A stretch of DNA of 64,000 nucleotides, from contig NC_083232.1 of assembly GCF_032191835.1 (NCBI RefSeq), positions 65,720,001 to 65,784,000 of the forward strand. Reading direction: 5' to 3'. This document shows positions 62,542 through 64,000 of this stretch, piece after piece; the first letter of the stretch is position 1, and every line of letters begins with the position of its first letter. Below the pieces are notes generated by a model. It was not told the DNA's origin and made no database searches. It saw only the letters and a program-made list of their open reading frames with translations. Source of the DNA: Heteronotia binoei. Its lineage: Eukaryota. The translations under genes were made by a program, and so were the position numbers.

Positions 62542-64000
62542 AATACAGTAGTCAGTTCTAGATTGCACATTACTGATCCCCTTCATTCCAAGAGGTTTCC
62601 CTGTAACCTGTCTCAACGGGGAGGACTATTCCTTCACTGAAGTGACCGGGAAAGAACAGACACAATTCAGGATTCTGCAGGTTTCTACAGCCAAAAGGAA
62701 ATCCATGGATCATTTTTTCTCAGTCCATAGATGACAAGAGACAAACGCTGCTTGTGGATGTATGCTGTCTGCTTGTCTGCACTTAGTTCTACATCATGTA
62801 TTTGACAAATTGTCCATTTGGGGAAAATGACCAATTTTTTTGTGGCTACCATTTAAACCTAGATATACATCTAAAGGAAGATTTCAGCTTAGAAGTTTGA
62901 ATGCACTAGACTTAATATTTATCACCACTAAGAATAATCTATTTTAATCAAAAGTCTTCTCTCATAAGGAGACTTTAACCTCATTCACCAATGGTACATT
63001 GGTATTCTTTGCCCATCAAAACAGCTGCATTTTTATACATAAGATCTGCAGATCTTAAAAGTCTGAACACACTAGTGAACAATTATTCACACATTGTGCT
63101 ATAGTTAGCCCTGTGTGGGCTGGGTGTTGCATTGTTACATATTAAACAGGCCATCTCAGCTTTATTTGGCCCCTGTTAAGTTCCCTTGTGTTTGGTACAG
63201 GTTTCCTTCTATCAGGTGAAGTATTTGAGCAGAACAAATGCAATTATTACCCTTTGCACCTACTCATCTTCCCCAGTAAAACCAATAAACAAATTTAAAA
63301 CATCTTTCATAAACAATAAAAACCCATATGTGGGTCATACAGCAGATGAATACAACCAGTGCTAGGTTCACATCATCTGTGCTTCAAAATCATGATGGCT
63401 GGCTGCGAAGAAGTTTGCTAACTTTTAAAAAGTGTGCTGAAGAGCTGTCATACAGACAACCACAGCTTTTTTTCCCTTTCACATTAATAGCTGCAGTTGC
63501 TCCACCCTTGTTACTGACTCCTGTTGCTACAGAGTGATGATCTTCGTGCTACCTGCCCTTCCATACAATTGTTCTTTGTGTTGTATCCAGAAGAGCAGAA
63601 TCAGAAGTCAGCACAAGTCCAACATCCAGTTCCCTGCATTGGCCAGTCAGATGATTCTAAAATCCACTGGGAGGAACCTGCAACCTTCTCCTACACTTTT
63701 ACCTTCACCAGCACACTGCTCAAGACTTGGAGGTTCAGTTTAGCCACCCGAGGTTGTTGTTCGCCCTGACCTGGTAAGCTCAGGCTAGCCTGATCTTATC
63801 AGATCTTGGAAGCTAATTAGAGTTCCTAGGTCCCTTTGCCTTTCTGAAGGTGGGATTTGGGGGGCATTCTGGGGATAGATGGGGACATTGTATGATGTCC
63901 CTGATGCCATGGCATCACCCAGAAGTTATGTCATCACGATGGGGAACTGTGTTTAAATTGGGCTTAAACCACAGATGTCCTCGACACAAGGACATTGCTT

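Overview
Vertebrate genomic DNA; the SINE complement (Squam3-like, Squam2-like, 5S-derived) suggests a squamate, probably a gecko (inference). The only gene I can identify confidently is EOMES (eomesodermin/Tbr2, T-box factor) on the minus strand: six coding exons (20155..15711) with GT-AG junctions and consistent phases, 2052 nt = 683 aa + TAA. It has a TATA/GC/CCAAT promoter, a ~1 kb 3'UTR and an AATAAA signal. Two large CpG islands surround it (~10.2-14.3 kb downstream; ~18.2-23.75 kb over exons 1-2 and upstream), within a ~14 kb stretch where I see no transposons. The rest is a gene-poor flank with hAT and Harbinger-like MITEs, L2, CR1, RTE and Penelope-like fragments, SINEs and enhancer-like motif clusters. 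Nearly all ORFs in the track are spurious. Best leads: a perfect 41-bp-arm palindrome next to a consensus splice donor; a palindromic MITE split by an L2; head-to-head hAT MITEs 14 bp apart with a nested RTE; a ~565-bp inverted duplication; alternative EOMES splice sites; four Pumilio elements plus miRNA sites in the 3'UTR; and candidate exons of an unannotated transcript from the downstream CpG island. Family names and cross-species comparisons are from recall, not database searches.
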